Of a stretch of DNA of 64,000 bases, positions 31,089-40,556 are shown one piece after another. Under the pieces are notes generated by a model that worked only from the letters and a program-made list of their open reading frames with translations, did no database searches and was not told the DNA's origin. The DNA is from Trueperaceae bacterium (GTDB taxonomy: Bacteria > Deinococcota > Deinococci > Deinococcales > Trueperaceae): assembly GCA_965213925.1 (NCBI GenBank), contig OZ243927.1:2016001-2080000 (forward strand), given 5' to 3'. Both the position numbers and the translations under genes were made by a program. Positions within the stretch are counted from its first letter, which is position 1, and each line of letters opens with the position of its first letter.

Positions 31089-31535
31089 TTAGCGCGATTT
31101 CTGCGACGTTTTCGCTACGTCCCAACGCTCTTGCAACCGCTCGAAGCCCGCCTCGAGCCTCTTCCTCTCCAAAACAACCTGCGTCGTCGTCCCCTCGCCA
31201 ACCCTATCGCCGAGTTCATTAAACGCTTCGCAACTCGCATAAACGCGGTTTTTCTCGGTGCGGAGGTACCTAGCCTCGAGCCGCACCTCCATCCCCGGCA
31301 GCGCCGAAGCGAGATGCTTTATGGACACTTCAAAGCCGACGCCCTCCTCAAAAGGTTCTAAAAAGGGGAGGATGATCTTTCTCGAGACCAGTTCCATGTG
31401 TTTGGTCAGCCAGTAGGTCGCGTAGACCGGATGGAGCTTGCCGAGTTCGGGTTCAGCTTGCTCGAAGTCTACGGTCATCGCTTCAGAAACGGTGAGGGCG
31501 TGCGTAGCGGTGGTGCCTTCAGGAATCGGTTTCAT
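31089..31535 (-). CDS. Hotdog-fold thioesterase (FlK-like)
   Basis: HPVYAT..L..HME, EGVG..V..KHLA. Confidence 0.85.
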   Translation of the reverse strand: MKPIPEGTTATHALTVSEAMTVDFEQAEPELGKLHPVYATYWLTKHMELVSRKIILPFLEPFEEGVGFEVSIKHLASALPGMEVRLEARYLRTEKNRVYASCEAFNELGDRVGEGTTTQVVLERKRLEAGFERLQERWDVAKTSQKSR

Positions 31536-32136
31536 CAGGCTCGACCTCTTGCTCAGCTTGTTCGAAGTCAACCTTATCGTAAACCTTTTCCAATAGAAGC
31601 TCACAACGGATACTCGGAAAAGAAATCATAGAGTCTAAAGCTGAAAGCTCACTAAACATCCAGCGTTCGTCCTCCTGCCTTTCGAAAACCTCTACAAGGG
31701 GTTCGTGCTGAGAGACGAGGACATAGGTTTGCAGCGAGTTAAGCGTGCGGTAGCGCCTGAACTCTTCACCTCTGCCGTAGTTCTTTGTAGACGGCGACAA
31801 AATTTCGACGACAAACGTTGGATTGACGAGCGTGTCGCGCGTGCCGCTTACGAACTCGGCTTCGCCGCAAACGATGACGACATCGGGATAGAAATAGCGC
31901 GTGGACTTGGCAAGTTGAACGCGCATGTCGCCGGGGTAAAGTTTGCAAGGCTTCCCTACGAGTTGCGACCCTAGAGCGATAGTTAAATTTGTGGTGACGA
32001 GGTTGTGCGGCTCGCTCGCGCCAGCGAACGCGAAAATCTCACCGTCTACGAATTCGCTTTTATATTCGGCTTGGCGTTCTAGCTCGAAATACTCCTCTGC
32101 GGTGTAACGCTTTTTATCCTTAGCCGGTAGAGCCAT
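31519..32136 (-). CDS. Uma2-family putative PD-(D/E)XK endonuclease, copy 3
   Basis: SEFVDGEIFA, YPDV, VEILSPST, YVLVSQ. Confidence 0.93.
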   Translation of the reverse strand: MALPAKDKKRYTAEEYFELERQAEYKSEFVDGEIFAFAGASEPHNLVTTNLTIALGSQLVGKPCKLYPGDMRVQLAKSTRYFYPDVVIVCGEAEFVSGTRDTLVNPTFVVEILSPSTKNYGRGEEFRRYRTLNSLQTYVLVSQHEPLVEVFERQEDERWMFSELSALDSMISFPSIRCELLLEKVYDKVDFEQAEQEVEPDETDS

Positions 32137-32139
32137 AGC

Positions 32140-32754
32140 CTAACGGTTCCTCTCGTCGTTCTTTTTGACCTCTTGCGCACGCTGCTCAAAGTTAATCCTG
32201 TCGTAAACCTCTCTAAGCTGGAGGTCGCAGCCGATAGCGGGAAGTGGGACACTCAAGTCCAAACCCTCATACTCACCAAGCAGCCAGCGCCCGTCTTTTT
32301 GCCGCTCGAACACCTCTATAAGAGGTTGGTGCTGAGCGATGAGCATGTAGGTTTGCAGTGAGTCAATCGTACGGTACTGCTTGAACTTTTCGCCTCGGTC
32401 ATAGCTTTCGGTGGAAGAGGACAAGACCTCAATCACGAGTGTCGGGTTCGTCAATGTATCCTCCACTTGACCTGCAAATTGGGGTTCGCCGCACGTCACG
32501 ACGACATCAGGGTAGAAGTAGCGTGTGGACTTTGCGAGTTGAACACGCATATCACCGGGATACGCTTCGCACGTTTGCGCGAGCTGCCGCCTGAGTTCTG
32601 CGCCGCAATTCAGCACGATGAGATTGTGTACCCGAGTTGCCCCGGCGAGCGCGAAAATCTCACCGTCTACGAATTCACTTTTATATTCGGCTTGACGCTC
32701 CAGCTCGAGATACTCCTGCGCCGTATAGCGTTTGTCCTTGATGGGAAGGGCCAT
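32140..32754 (-). CDS. Uma2-family putative endonuclease, copy 2
   Basis: SEFVDGEIFA, YPDV, IEVLSSSTESYDRGEK. Confidence 0.93.
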   Translation of the reverse strand: MALPIKDKRYTAQEYLELERQAEYKSEFVDGEIFALAGATRVHNLIVLNCGAELRRQLAQTCEAYPGDMRVQLAKSTRYFYPDVVVTCGEPQFAGQVEDTLTNPTLVIEVLSSSTESYDRGEKFKQYRTIDSLQTYMLIAQHQPLIEVFERQKDGRWLLGEYEGLDLSVPLPAIGCDLQLREVYDRINFEQRAQEVKKNDERNR

Positions 32755-32756
32755 AT

Positions 32757-33344
32757 CTAAAGGTTCTCCTCAGTTTCAAGGTTGATCCTGTCGTAGACCT
32801 CGCGCAGTGAGAGGTCGCAGCCGACGGTCGGAAGAGAGACACTCGCGTTTAGCCCTCTATGGGCATTAAACCTCCAACTTTCGTCCTCTTGCCGCTCGAA
32901 GACCTCCATAAGAGGTTTGTCTTGCGAGATGAGCACGTACGTTTGTAGCGAGCTTAACTGGCGGTAGCTTGCAAACTTCTCCCCCCTATCATAGCCTTCG
33001 GTAGAAGGGGAAAGAATTTCAATAATCAGCGTTGGATTGGTCAGCGTGTCGCGTTTCTCGTCTATAAACTCAGCATCGCCGCAAACCACCAAAACATCAG
33101 GATAGGTGTAGCGCCTGGACTCGGATTGCACGCGCATGTCGCTCGAGTAGAGCTTGCAAGGTTTGCCTTTGAGCTGCTGCCTCAACTCGCCCGTGCAGTT
33201 CGTGGAGATGAGGTTATGCGGCTCGCTCGCGCCAGCCAGCGCGAAAATTTCACCGTTCACAAACTCGCTCTTGTACTCGGCTTGGCGCTCTAGCTCGAGA
33301 TATTCCTCCGCCGTGTAGCGCTTGTCCTTAACAGGTAGAGCCAT
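32757..33344 (-). CDS. Uma2-family putative endonuclease, copy 1
   Basis: SEFVNGEIFA, YPDV, IEILSPSTEGYDRGEK. Confidence 0.93.
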   Translation of the reverse strand: MALPVKDKRYTAEEYLELERQAEYKSEFVNGEIFALAGASEPHNLISTNCTGELRQQLKGKPCKLYSSDMRVQSESRRYTYPDVLVVCGDAEFIDEKRDTLTNPTLIIEILSPSTEGYDRGEKFASYRQLSSLQTYVLISQDKPLMEVFERQEDESWRFNAHRGLNASVSLPTVGCDLSLREVYDRINLETEENL

Positions 33345-33352
33345 ACTCTATC

Positions 33353-34690
33353 TTAAAGGTTTCTTTCATCCACAATCCGCCGCAACTTCCCGCCCGCACT
33401 CCTGGGCGCACTCCCCGGCGCTAAGAGGTTGACCTTGACGGTGACGCCCACCGTGTCTTTGATTTTATGCTGCACCTTGTTCCGTAAGTCGCTCAGGTAT
33501 TGGTCGGTCTCGAGCAACTCTTCAGACAAGACCTCTTGACCCAAACGGTAGAAGGCGTCTTGGGCTAGCTCGAGCCTCAGCTCGCAGGTGTCGAGGGTGC
33601 CTTGCCGCTCCAAAGCAAGTTGGTAATGCATCGCCACATCGGGGATGCGCTGCAAGACCTCTTCGATCTGCGTCGGATAGAGGTTCACGCCGCGCACGAT
33701 GATCATGTCGTCGCTGCGCCCTTTGATCATCCCCATGCGCGCGTGCGTCCGCCCGGACGCGCCGACCTCGCGCCGCAGATTCGTAATGTCGCCCGTCCAG
33801 TAGCGCAGCAGCGGGAGTGCCTCTTTCGTCAGCGTGGTGATAACCAAAACGCCGTCTTCGCCCTCGCGGGCAGGCTCGCCTGTCTCCGGGTTCAAGATTT
33901 CAGGATAAAAGTGGTCCTCCCAGATGTAGGAGCCCGCTTGCTCGTTCACGTCCTCGTTCGAAACGCCGGGTCCGATGATTTCGGAAAGTCCATAGATGTT
34001 CGTCGCCTTGACGCCCAAGCCCGCCTCCACGTCGGCGCGAATGGCGTCCGTCCAGGGCTCGGCACCTAGAACGGCGACCTCTAAACTCGTCTCTTCGGGC
34101 GCGATACCTTTCTCCCGCATCGCCTCGGCTAAGGTCTGCGCGTAAGAGGGCGTACACGAGATAACCTTAGGTTGCAAATCCTGAATCAGCGTCACTTGCC
34201 GCTCGGTCATCCCGCCCGAGACCGGAATCACGGTGAGCCCCAACCGCTCGCCGCCGTAATGCAGCCCCAAGCCGCCCGTGAAGAGCCCGTAGCCGTACGC
34301 ATTGTGAAAGACCATGCCCGGCTCTGCGCCCGCCGCCGCCAAGCACCGCGCGTTGACTTCGGCGAAGGTCTCGATATCTTTTTTCGTGTAGCCCACGATG
34401 GTCGGTCTGCCCGTTGTGCCGCTGCTGGCGTGGATGCGGGCGACCTCTTCCATTGGCACGGCGAAAAGTCCTGTCGGGTAGTGGTCGCGTAGGTCGGTCT
34501 TTTTAGTGATGGGAAGTTTGGTGATATCGTCAATGCTCTTGATGTCGCCTGGCTTAAGACCTCTTTCGTCCAGCGCGCTTTTGTAGAAGGGGACGCGCTC
34601 GTAGACGTAGTGAACCAGGTTGTTAAGGCGTTCGGTTTGCAGGTTGCGGAGTTCGCTTTGGGGGAGGGTCTCGAGGTCGGGTTGAAACAT
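33353..34690 (-). CDS. paaK: Phenylacetate-CoA ligase
   Basis: IHASSGTTGRP, YGYGLFTGGLGLHYG, YGLSEIIGPGV, GRSDDMIIVRGVN. Confidence 0.95.
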   Translation of the reverse strand: MFQPDLETLPQSELRNLQTERLNNLVHYVYERVPFYKSALDERGLKPGDIKSIDDITKLPITKKTDLRDHYPTGLFAVPMEEVARIHASSGTTGRPTIVGYTKKDIETFAEVNARCLAAAGAEPGMVFHNAYGYGLFTGGLGLHYGGERLGLTVIPVSGGMTERQVTLIQDLQPKVISCTPSYAQTLAEAMREKGIAPEETSLEVAVLGAEPWTDAIRADVEAGLGVKATNIYGLSEIIGPGVSNEDVNEQAGSYIWEDHFYPEILNPETGEPAREGEDGVLVITTLTKEALPLLRYWTGDITNLRREVGASGRTHARMGMIKGRSDDMIIVRGVNLYPTQIEEVLQRIPDVAMHYQLALERQGTLDTCELRLELAQDAFYRLGQEVLSEELLETDQYLSDLRNKVQHKIKDTVGVTVKVNLLAPGSAPRSAGGKLRRIVDERNL

Positions 34691-34692
34691 GG

Positions 34693-35115
34693 TTACGCTC
34701 CTACAGGTCGAGAAGTCAAAATTTGCAAGAGGTCGGCGAAGAAAGGCTCGAGCCCCTCAACATCATCGTAAAAAACAACTTCCTCGGAAATACCTCCCAG
34801 CGTTTCCGAAATATCACGTCCCTGTTTCGCTATCGTCACCACCGGGATTCCTTTTGCGTAAGCATATCCCGCTTCGATGCCAAGACCCACCCCTTTTTGG
34901 CTCAATTCGGTAACGACGAGGTCGCAACTGTCTATCATCTCAAACGTCTTTTGCATGAGGTCTCGAGCCTTCAAACGAACCGCGCCCCACTGCTCCAAGT
35001 CTCGAGCCACACAAGAGGTTGTTACACCACACCGAGCGAGCACCTCAGAAATCTCTTCAATGACCTCTCGGTTGCGGTTATCGGCGTGGTACTTGATGCC
35101 CAAATACGCCCTCAC
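34693..35115 (-). CDS. Nucleoside 2-deoxyribosyltransferase-like protein
   Basis: IDSCDLVV, GVGLGIEAGYAYAKGIPV; GTGA overlap with the upstream stop. Confidence 0.8.
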   Translation of the reverse strand: MRAYLGIKYHADNRNREVIEEISEVLARCGVTTSCVARDLEQWGAVRLKARDLMQKTFEMIDSCDLVVTELSQKGVGLGIEAGYAYAKGIPVVTIAKQGRDISETLGGISEEVVFYDDVEGLEPFFADLLQILTSRPVGA

Positions 35116-35468
35116 AGCGGCACAATCTGCACGGCGACAGCTCTCCACCTTTTGCCGCGCTTAGCGTAGATACGGGTGAAGCGTTGCTGAATGAAATCAC
35201 CCGCTGTCTTAACCGTGACTTGCCCAGTCGTAACCGCCGTATCGTCGAAGAGGTACACCGTTCCCTCTTCGAAGGTGCTTTCGACCTCTTCGGGAGGCGG
35301 CGCTTGACGCTGAGACTCTAAAAGCATCTCTTTCGTGATGACTTCATGCGCAGGCGTTAAACCTGCCCAATCGTCTGCTAACACCTCGTTCAGCGCTTCT
35401 AAGTCTCGAGTTCGGTATGCCGCGTTCCAAGCACGGTCGAGCTGCTTAACCGCTCCTTCGTCGCTCAC
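35112..35468 (-). CDS. NTF2-like DUF4440 protein
   Basis: W..AY...D..AL..VLADD, DTAV.TG, FTRIY.K...W. Confidence 0.85.
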   Translation of the reverse strand: MSDEGAVKQLDRAWNAAYRTRDLEALNEVLADDWAGLTPAHEVITKEMLLESQRQAPPPEEVESTFEEGTVYLFDDTAVTTGQVTVKTAGDFIQQRFTRIYAKRGKRWRAVAVQIVPL

Positions 35469-35484
35469 CGCTCACCTCATTTCA

Positions 35485-35498
35485 CGAACAAACGTTCG
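35485..35498. promoter_or_regulatory. PaaR-like (TetR) operator
   Basis: CGAACAAACGTTCG, one mismatch to the recalled Thermus PaaR consensus CNAACGNNCGTTNG, just downstream of the paaK operon promoter. Confidence 0.65.
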
Positions 35499-35513
35499 TT
35501 TTGTGCGGGTGTC

Positions 35514-35543
35514 ATTGTATGCGGAGGCGTGCGGCCTTGTCAA
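35514..35543 (-). promoter_or_regulatory. Sigma-70 promoter of the paaK operon
   Basis: TTGACA (35543-35538) - 18 nt - TACAAT (35519-35514). Confidence 0.7.
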
Positions 35544-36073
35544 AGTGGTGTAGCAAAGAAAATCGCACGGGGCACGAAAGGCCAGACGTGGCGCGATCAG
35601 CCTCGAGCATGAGGTGGGCGAATATAGGTTGCTCGGTGAGAACGCTCGAAGCTACAGTGGACCTAAAATTAGACTTTATCCGAGCGTGTGGTATAACCTT
35701 GTGTAGGTCACTCGCCACTTTGGTGTTACACACCTTCGCCTGTTCCTGTTAGACCCCTCTTGTAAAACTGGTGAAGCGTAACGGCAAGCCTTTTGTACCC
35801 TTGGTGCTCTGGGTTTAAGTAACGGGTCTTGTAGGATTTTGATTTCATTGAGCTTGTATCGCGTTTACGGAAGTTTTGGCAACGCCGAAGGGATCATCAC
35901 CGAACGTGCGTACTCGACAATGTTCCATTTAGTGAGATTGGTTCAAACTAGATGATACCTACTAACCTCCGCCGTTCATCAAACTCGGGTTTTCCCTCAA
36001 CCTGCGTGCTGTACACGTAATACGAAGAGCGCGAGTATACAACCGTCCAGAGGGACAAAACTAAGGGGTAGAA

Positions 36074-37693
36074 ATGGCAGATAATAAAAAGAGTCGTGAG
36101 GATGTAGAGACTAGAGTCGGCGAAAGGAACATTCAGCGCTGGGGTTTGGATATGCACAACCCGGTGTTTTTCACCTCGAGCGGGTTCATCATCGTCCTGC
36201 TCGTCCTGACGCTTCTGTACCAAGAAAGCGCCGCGAGCGCCTTTAGCGCGGTGCAAGCCTTTGTCTCGGACAAGTTCGGCTGGCTGCTGATCATCACCGT
36301 CAACCTCTTGCTCGTCTACTCGGCCTTCTTGGCGTTTGGGCGTTTCAGCAAGATACGCATCGGCGGTAAGGACGCAAGACCGGAGTTCTCGACGCTTTCT
36401 TGGTTCGCGATGCTTTTCAGCGCGGGTATGGGCATCGGGGTTATCTACTGGAGCGTGGCGGAGCCCATCACGCACTTCTCGAACACGCCCTTTTTAGCCC
36501 AGTCGGGCACGGAGGACGCCGCACAAGTCGGCATGGTCACAGCCTTTCTCCACTGGGGCTTTCACGCTTGGGCGGTCTACGCGGTCGTAGGCTTAGCCCT
36601 CGCCTTTTTCGCCTACAACTGGGGCTTGCCCTTGACGGTTCGCTCGCTCTTCTATCCGCTTTTAGGCGAACGCATCTACGGCTGGATTGGCGACGTGGTG
36701 GACACCATCGCGGTGCTCGCGACGATGTTCGGCATCACCACCGTGCTGGGGCTCGGGGCGGGGCAGATCAGCGCGGGCATGAACTACCTCTTCGACACGC
36801 CCGACACCATCGTCGTCGAGGTCAGCGTCATCGCCTTTATTACAAGTATTGCGACGATGTCGGTGGTGGCGGGCTTGGACGGCGGCGTAAAGCGGCTCAG
36901 CGACATGAACATCGTCATTGCGGCGCTGCTGCTCGTGTTCATCATGATCGTTGGTCCAACGATTTTCATCCTCAACGGATTTATCCAAAACGTCGGCTTC
37001 TACCTGCAAAACTTCATGTTTTTAGGAACCTGGGGCGAAGCGTACGAGGGCGGCACTTGGCAGAATAGCTGGACGGTCTTCTACTGGGCGTGGTGGGTCT
37101 CCTGGGCACCTTTTGTCGGCATCTTCATCGCCCGCATCTCGAAGGGACGCACCGTCAGGGAGTTTATGTTGGGCGTGGTGCTCGTGCCGAGTATCGTGTG
37201 CTTCTTCTGGTTCTCAGCCTTCGGCGGGACGGCGCTCTATCAGGCGCTTAACGGTGTCGGCAATATCGTCAGCGCGGTGGACGCAAACTTCGCCACGGCG
37301 TTTTTCGTCATGGTCTCGGAGCTTCCCCTGAGCGGGGTCATCTCGTTCATCGCCGTGGTGCTGATTTTCACCTTTTTCGTGACCTCGTCGGACTCGGGCT
37401 CGCTGGTCATCGACAGCATCACCGCTGGCGGCAAAGACGACGCGCCCGTCGCGCAGCGCATCTTCTGGGCTGTCACCGAGGGCGTCGTCGCCGCCGTGCT
37501 GCTCATCGGCGGCGGGCTCACCGCGCTGCAAACGGCAGTAATCGCGCTCGGCTTGCCCTTCGCCATCGTGATTCTCTTCGTGTGCTATAGCCTCTACAAG
37601 GGCTTGCAGGCGGAGTATCGCGACGAGGTGGTGCCGCGCGAGGAGGCGAAGGAAGAAAGGGGCGGGCAGACCGAAGCGGTGCCTGCGGATTGA
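36074..37693 (+). CDS. BCCT-family (betaine/choline/carnitine) transporter
   Basis: SWFAMLFSAGMGIG, HWGFHAW, WTVFYWAWWVSWAPFVGIFIARIS.GRT. Confidence 0.96.
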   Translation: MADNKKSREDVETRVGERNIQRWGLDMHNPVFFTSSGFIIVLLVLTLLYQESAASAFSAVQAFVSDKFGWLLIITVNLLLVYSAFLAFGRFSKIRIGGKDARPEFSTLSWFAMLFSAGMGIGVIYWSVAEPITHFSNTPFLAQSGTEDAAQVGMVTAFLHWGFHAWAVYAVVGLALAFFAYNWGLPLTVRSLFYPLLGERIYGWIGDVVDTIAVLATMFGITTVLGLGAGQISAGMNYLFDTPDTIVVEVSVIAFITSIATMSVVAGLDGGVKRLSDMNIVIAALLLVFIMIVGPTIFILNGFIQNVGFYLQNFMFLGTWGEAYEGGTWQNSWTVFYWAWWVSWAPFVGIFIARISKGRTVREFMLGVVLVPSIVCFFWFSAFGGTALYQALNGVGNIVSAVDANFATAFFVMVSELPLSGVISFIAVVLIFTFFVTSSDSGSLVIDSITAGGKDDAPVAQRIFWAVTEGVVAAVLLIGGGLTALQTAVIALGLPFAIVILFVCYSLYKGLQAEYRDEVVPREEAKEERGGQTEAVPAD

Positions 37694-37713
37694 GCGAAGA
37701 GGTCTAGGCGCGT

Positions 37714-38268
37714 TTAGTATTTAGTAGCAGCGCGGAGGACCTCCAATACGAACCTCACATCCCCTAGCGCCCGGTGGCTCTGGTGCATCTCCAAGAGGTG
37801 CGCCAGCCCCTCTTGCCCCACCGCCTTATGCAGCCCGGTGCGCTTCGCCCCCTTGAGCCGCGCGTACATCTGCATGGCGCAGGCGAACAAAATCTTCGGA
37901 TGTGTCACGTTCCAAGCGGCGCTCGTCTGCTCCAACATGCGGGCGTCGAAGGGGGCGTTCCAGGTTAAGACGGTGGCTTTGTCGGTCAGGTCTACGAGTT
38001 GCGGGAGTATCTGGGGCCACGTCGGTTGATCTTCTAATGCGGCTAACGAAATCCCGTGAACCCGCCTCGCGTGCGGGTTCATGTAAGAGGTGCGCGGACG
38101 CACGAGCGTGTCTAAGAGCACCTCACCCTTCGTGTTGATGACGCTCACCTCGATGACCTCAGCATTTTTAAGTCCGGTCGTCTCGGTATCTAAGATGAGC
38201 ACGTCCTCTCGCTCTAAGAGGTTGGCGACTTTCGTGCGGAGCTGAGCGGGTCCTGCAGTGCGGGTCAC
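37714..38268 (-). CDS. DEDDh 3'-5' exonuclease
   Basis: ILDTETTGL, WNAPFD, HRALGD. Confidence 0.9.
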   Translation of the reverse strand: MTRTAGPAQLRTKVANLLEREDVLILDTETTGLKNAEVIEVSVINTKGEVLLDTLVRPRTSYMNPHARRVHGISLAALEDQPTWPQILPQLVDLTDKATVLTWNAPFDARMLEQTSAAWNVTHPKILFACAMQMYARLKGAKRTGLHKAVGQEGLAHLLEMHQSHRALGDVRFVLEVLRAATKY

Positions 38269-38285
38269 AGGGAAGTATAACTTAG

Positions 38286-38418
38286 GAGCAATGAGTTAAA
38301 AGCAATCCAGTCGAGCTGGTTATGTAATCCAGTCAAGCTGGACGAACGGTCTTGCGAAGCAAACGAACGGTGAGCGGTGAGTGAAAGACGCTGGTTGTCC
38401 ACTTTCAACTCATTGCTC
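38286..38418. repeat. Heptamer-based inverted-repeat element with internal tandem 16-bp repeat
   Basis: 16/17-bp IR 38286-38302/38402-38418; AATCCAGTC(G/A)AGCTGG at 38304 and 38326. Confidence 0.65.
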
Positions 38419-39891
38419 ATCGCTCATTGCTAACATTTCCTCAATCTGCTCCGCTAGATAAAGTTTCGCCAGCGTCTGCGGCTCTGAAAGAGGTAAGCCG
38501 ATAAGCGTTTCAATCCGCCCGAGGCGGTAGCGCAGCGTATTGACGTGGATGTGAAGCTCCGCTGCTAGACTTATCATGTCATCAGGTGAGCGTAAGTAGG
38601 CGTGCAAAGTGCGCCTTAGTTTTCCGCTCGAGTCTCCCGCTCTAAGCGTGCCGACAAGCTCGGCATGGAGTGCTCGTAAGCTCTCCTCAGATTGTCTCTG
38701 CAAGAGTAGCGTCACCGGCTCGAGATGAGTAGAACTTCGTCCGCCTCGCACCTCCCTTACTGACTGCGCCGCTAAACGCGCCTGCCGCAACGCTGTTTTA
38801 ACCTCTTGGTGGCTCGTTATCGCCGCGCTCACGCCGAGTTGAAACGGTTCATCCGTCGCGTTTCGAAGGGCTTTAAGAAGGGGTCCGAGCTGCGCGTCGG
38901 GGTCTCGCCCACTAAAGACCCACACGACCTCTTCACCTCTGGTTGTAGACAGCATAGGCAAGCCGAGCGTCCCGAAGAACTCGTCACCCGCCCCTCTTAG
39001 GCGCTCCAGAATAGGGTAGCGTTGTTTACTCCTTATACGTCTGAGGCTTGAAACGGCAACGAGATAGGACCCCTCGAGCCCCGCCTCTTTCAACCTCTCT
39101 ACCAGATCCGCATTCGCTCCGCTACTCAGCCACTCGTTGAGTAGAAGACTCTTGTTGGACCCTACCTTTTGCACCTCTAGTTCTCGCTGCGCGGCTGCTA
39201 AACGTAGCAGGCTCCGGGCAAGCTCCAAAAGGGGCAACCAAGCGCTACCGACCTCTTGCGCCACTAGGACCGAGCGCAGCCGCCCGCCCTGTTCAACGCG
39301 AAAGGTGAGATAGCCGCCGTCACCTCTTTGCAGCAGACCTTCCGGGAGGGATTCTAACGACCCCTCCGCCCGCCGCCAACCTCTTGGACCTGAGCGGGCC
39401 AACAATGAACCCCAGGGGGTGAGAAGGGCAAACGAGCCGCCGCTCATGATGGCGAGACGTTCCAGCAGATCGCGTTCAGGTTTGGGGCTTTCTAGGGCGT
39501 CTAAGAGATAACTCTGGAGGCTCGAGCCCACCTCCAAGCTTCCCAAGTTCTCCTGTGCGAGAAGTCTGAGCGCCGCTTCTTCGACCCTGGCTAGGTTGAC
39601 GTGGGGCGGCGCGGTGAAAAGCGCGACGTCCAGTGCTGAGGCTTTCGCTAATATTTCGGGCGGTAGAGTCCGGTGCTTCGGCGTAAGCGCGTAGCCGACA
39701 GCGCTCGGAACGGGATGAAAGAGGTGGGCAGGCTCAAGCGGCACCTCACCCAACCGTAAATCACCCTCACTTAGCCAAGCGCGGTGACGCGGCAGCGCAA
39801 CGTTTCGCACCGTTTGAAAAGTAACGTCACCTTTTCCGCCGTGAAGCGTTAAAGCTAGTTCTGAAACGTTCAATAAATCTGCCAAACGCAT
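38410..39891 (-). CDS. PucR/CdaR-family transcriptional regulator
   Basis: C-terminal L..TL.AYL...A..LHIHVNTLRYRL; divergent from the hpa operon. Confidence 0.88.
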   Translation of the reverse strand: MRLADLLNVSELALTLHGGKGDVTFQTVRNVALPRHRAWLSEGDLRLGEVPLEPAHLFHPVPSAVGYALTPKHRTLPPEILAKASALDVALFTAPPHVNLARVEEAALRLLAQENLGSLEVGSSLQSYLLDALESPKPERDLLERLAIMSGGSFALLTPWGSLLARSGPRGWRRAEGSLESLPEGLLQRGDGGYLTFRVEQGGRLRSVLVAQEVGSAWLPLLELARSLLRLAAAQRELEVQKVGSNKSLLLNEWLSSGANADLVERLKEAGLEGSYLVAVSSLRRIRSKQRYPILERLRGAGDEFFGTLGLPMLSTTRGEEVVWVFSGRDPDAQLGPLLKALRNATDEPFQLGVSAAITSHQEVKTALRQARLAAQSVREVRGGRSSTHLEPVTLLLQRQSEESLRALHAELVGTLRAGDSSGKLRRTLHAYLRSPDDMISLAAELHIHVNTLRYRLGRIETLIGLPLSEPQTLAKLYLAEQIEEMLAMSDEQ

Positions 39892-40032
39892 AACGTCCTA
39901 GAGAGTCCACTTTGGTATCTCCTACAACTATAACAGAAATATTAGTCGTTTTCGACAATTGCGTTAAGCGTCAGCGCCCTCTATTGTCAGAGAAAGCCGC
40001 TGAGACTTATCATCGTTGTGCTAGGAGGCACA

Positions 40033-40539
40033 ATGCCATCAATTAAATCAGTCAACCCATCCGAGTTCCGCAATACCTTAGGGCGCTTTGGCACGGGTGT
40101 CACCGTCGTGACCGTGCAGCAGGGCGAAGAGGTGAGAGGCATCACCGTCAACGCGTTCATGTCGGTGTCGTTAGAGCCGCCCCTCGTTTTGGTTTCTATC
40201 GACAAAAACGCCAACAGCCACGCCCTCTTAGCCGAGAGCGAGCGCTACGGCGTGAGTATTTTGAGCGAGCACCAAGAGGCGATGAGCAACCTCTTTGCGG
40301 GACGTTTTGATAAGAGCATCGAGGTGCATTACGAATACGTGGACGGCTTTCCGCTGATTCACGGCGCGTTGGCGCATCTGGTGTGCCGCGTGTCAGAGGC
40401 GCACGAGGCGGGCGACCACACGCTCTATATTGGTCAAGTCGAGTATTTGAGCTATCAGAACGGTAAGCCGCTGCTCTATTTCGGCGGACGCTACGGACGG
40501 TTGGAGGTTCCTGCTCGAGAACCCATTCTGGACGGTTAA
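40033..40539 (+). CDS. hpaC: Flavin reductase component of 4-hydroxyphenylacetate 3-monooxygenase
   Basis: FRNTLGRFGTGVTVV, SVSLEPPLVL, AGDHTLYIG; context with hpaB. Confidence 0.88.
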   Translation: MPSIKSVNPSEFRNTLGRFGTGVTVVTVQQGEEVRGITVNAFMSVSLEPPLVLVSIDKNANSHALLAESERYGVSILSEHQEAMSNLFAGRFDKSIEVHYEYVDGFPLIHGALAHLVCRVSEAHEAGDHTLYIGQVEYLSYQNGKPLLYFGGRYGRLEVPAREPILDG

Positions 40540-40556
40540 AAAAGTTAGGAGAGGTT

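Noticed and set aside
35544..36073. 530-bp region upstream of the BCCT gene as an osmo-responsive riboswitch
   Set aside because: No ydaO/c-di-AMP or glycine consensus seen; only a weak 10-bp inverted repeat.
38320..38336. TTATGT...CAA as a Deinococcus RDRM/DdrO box
   Set aside because: The right half does not match the palindromic consensus.
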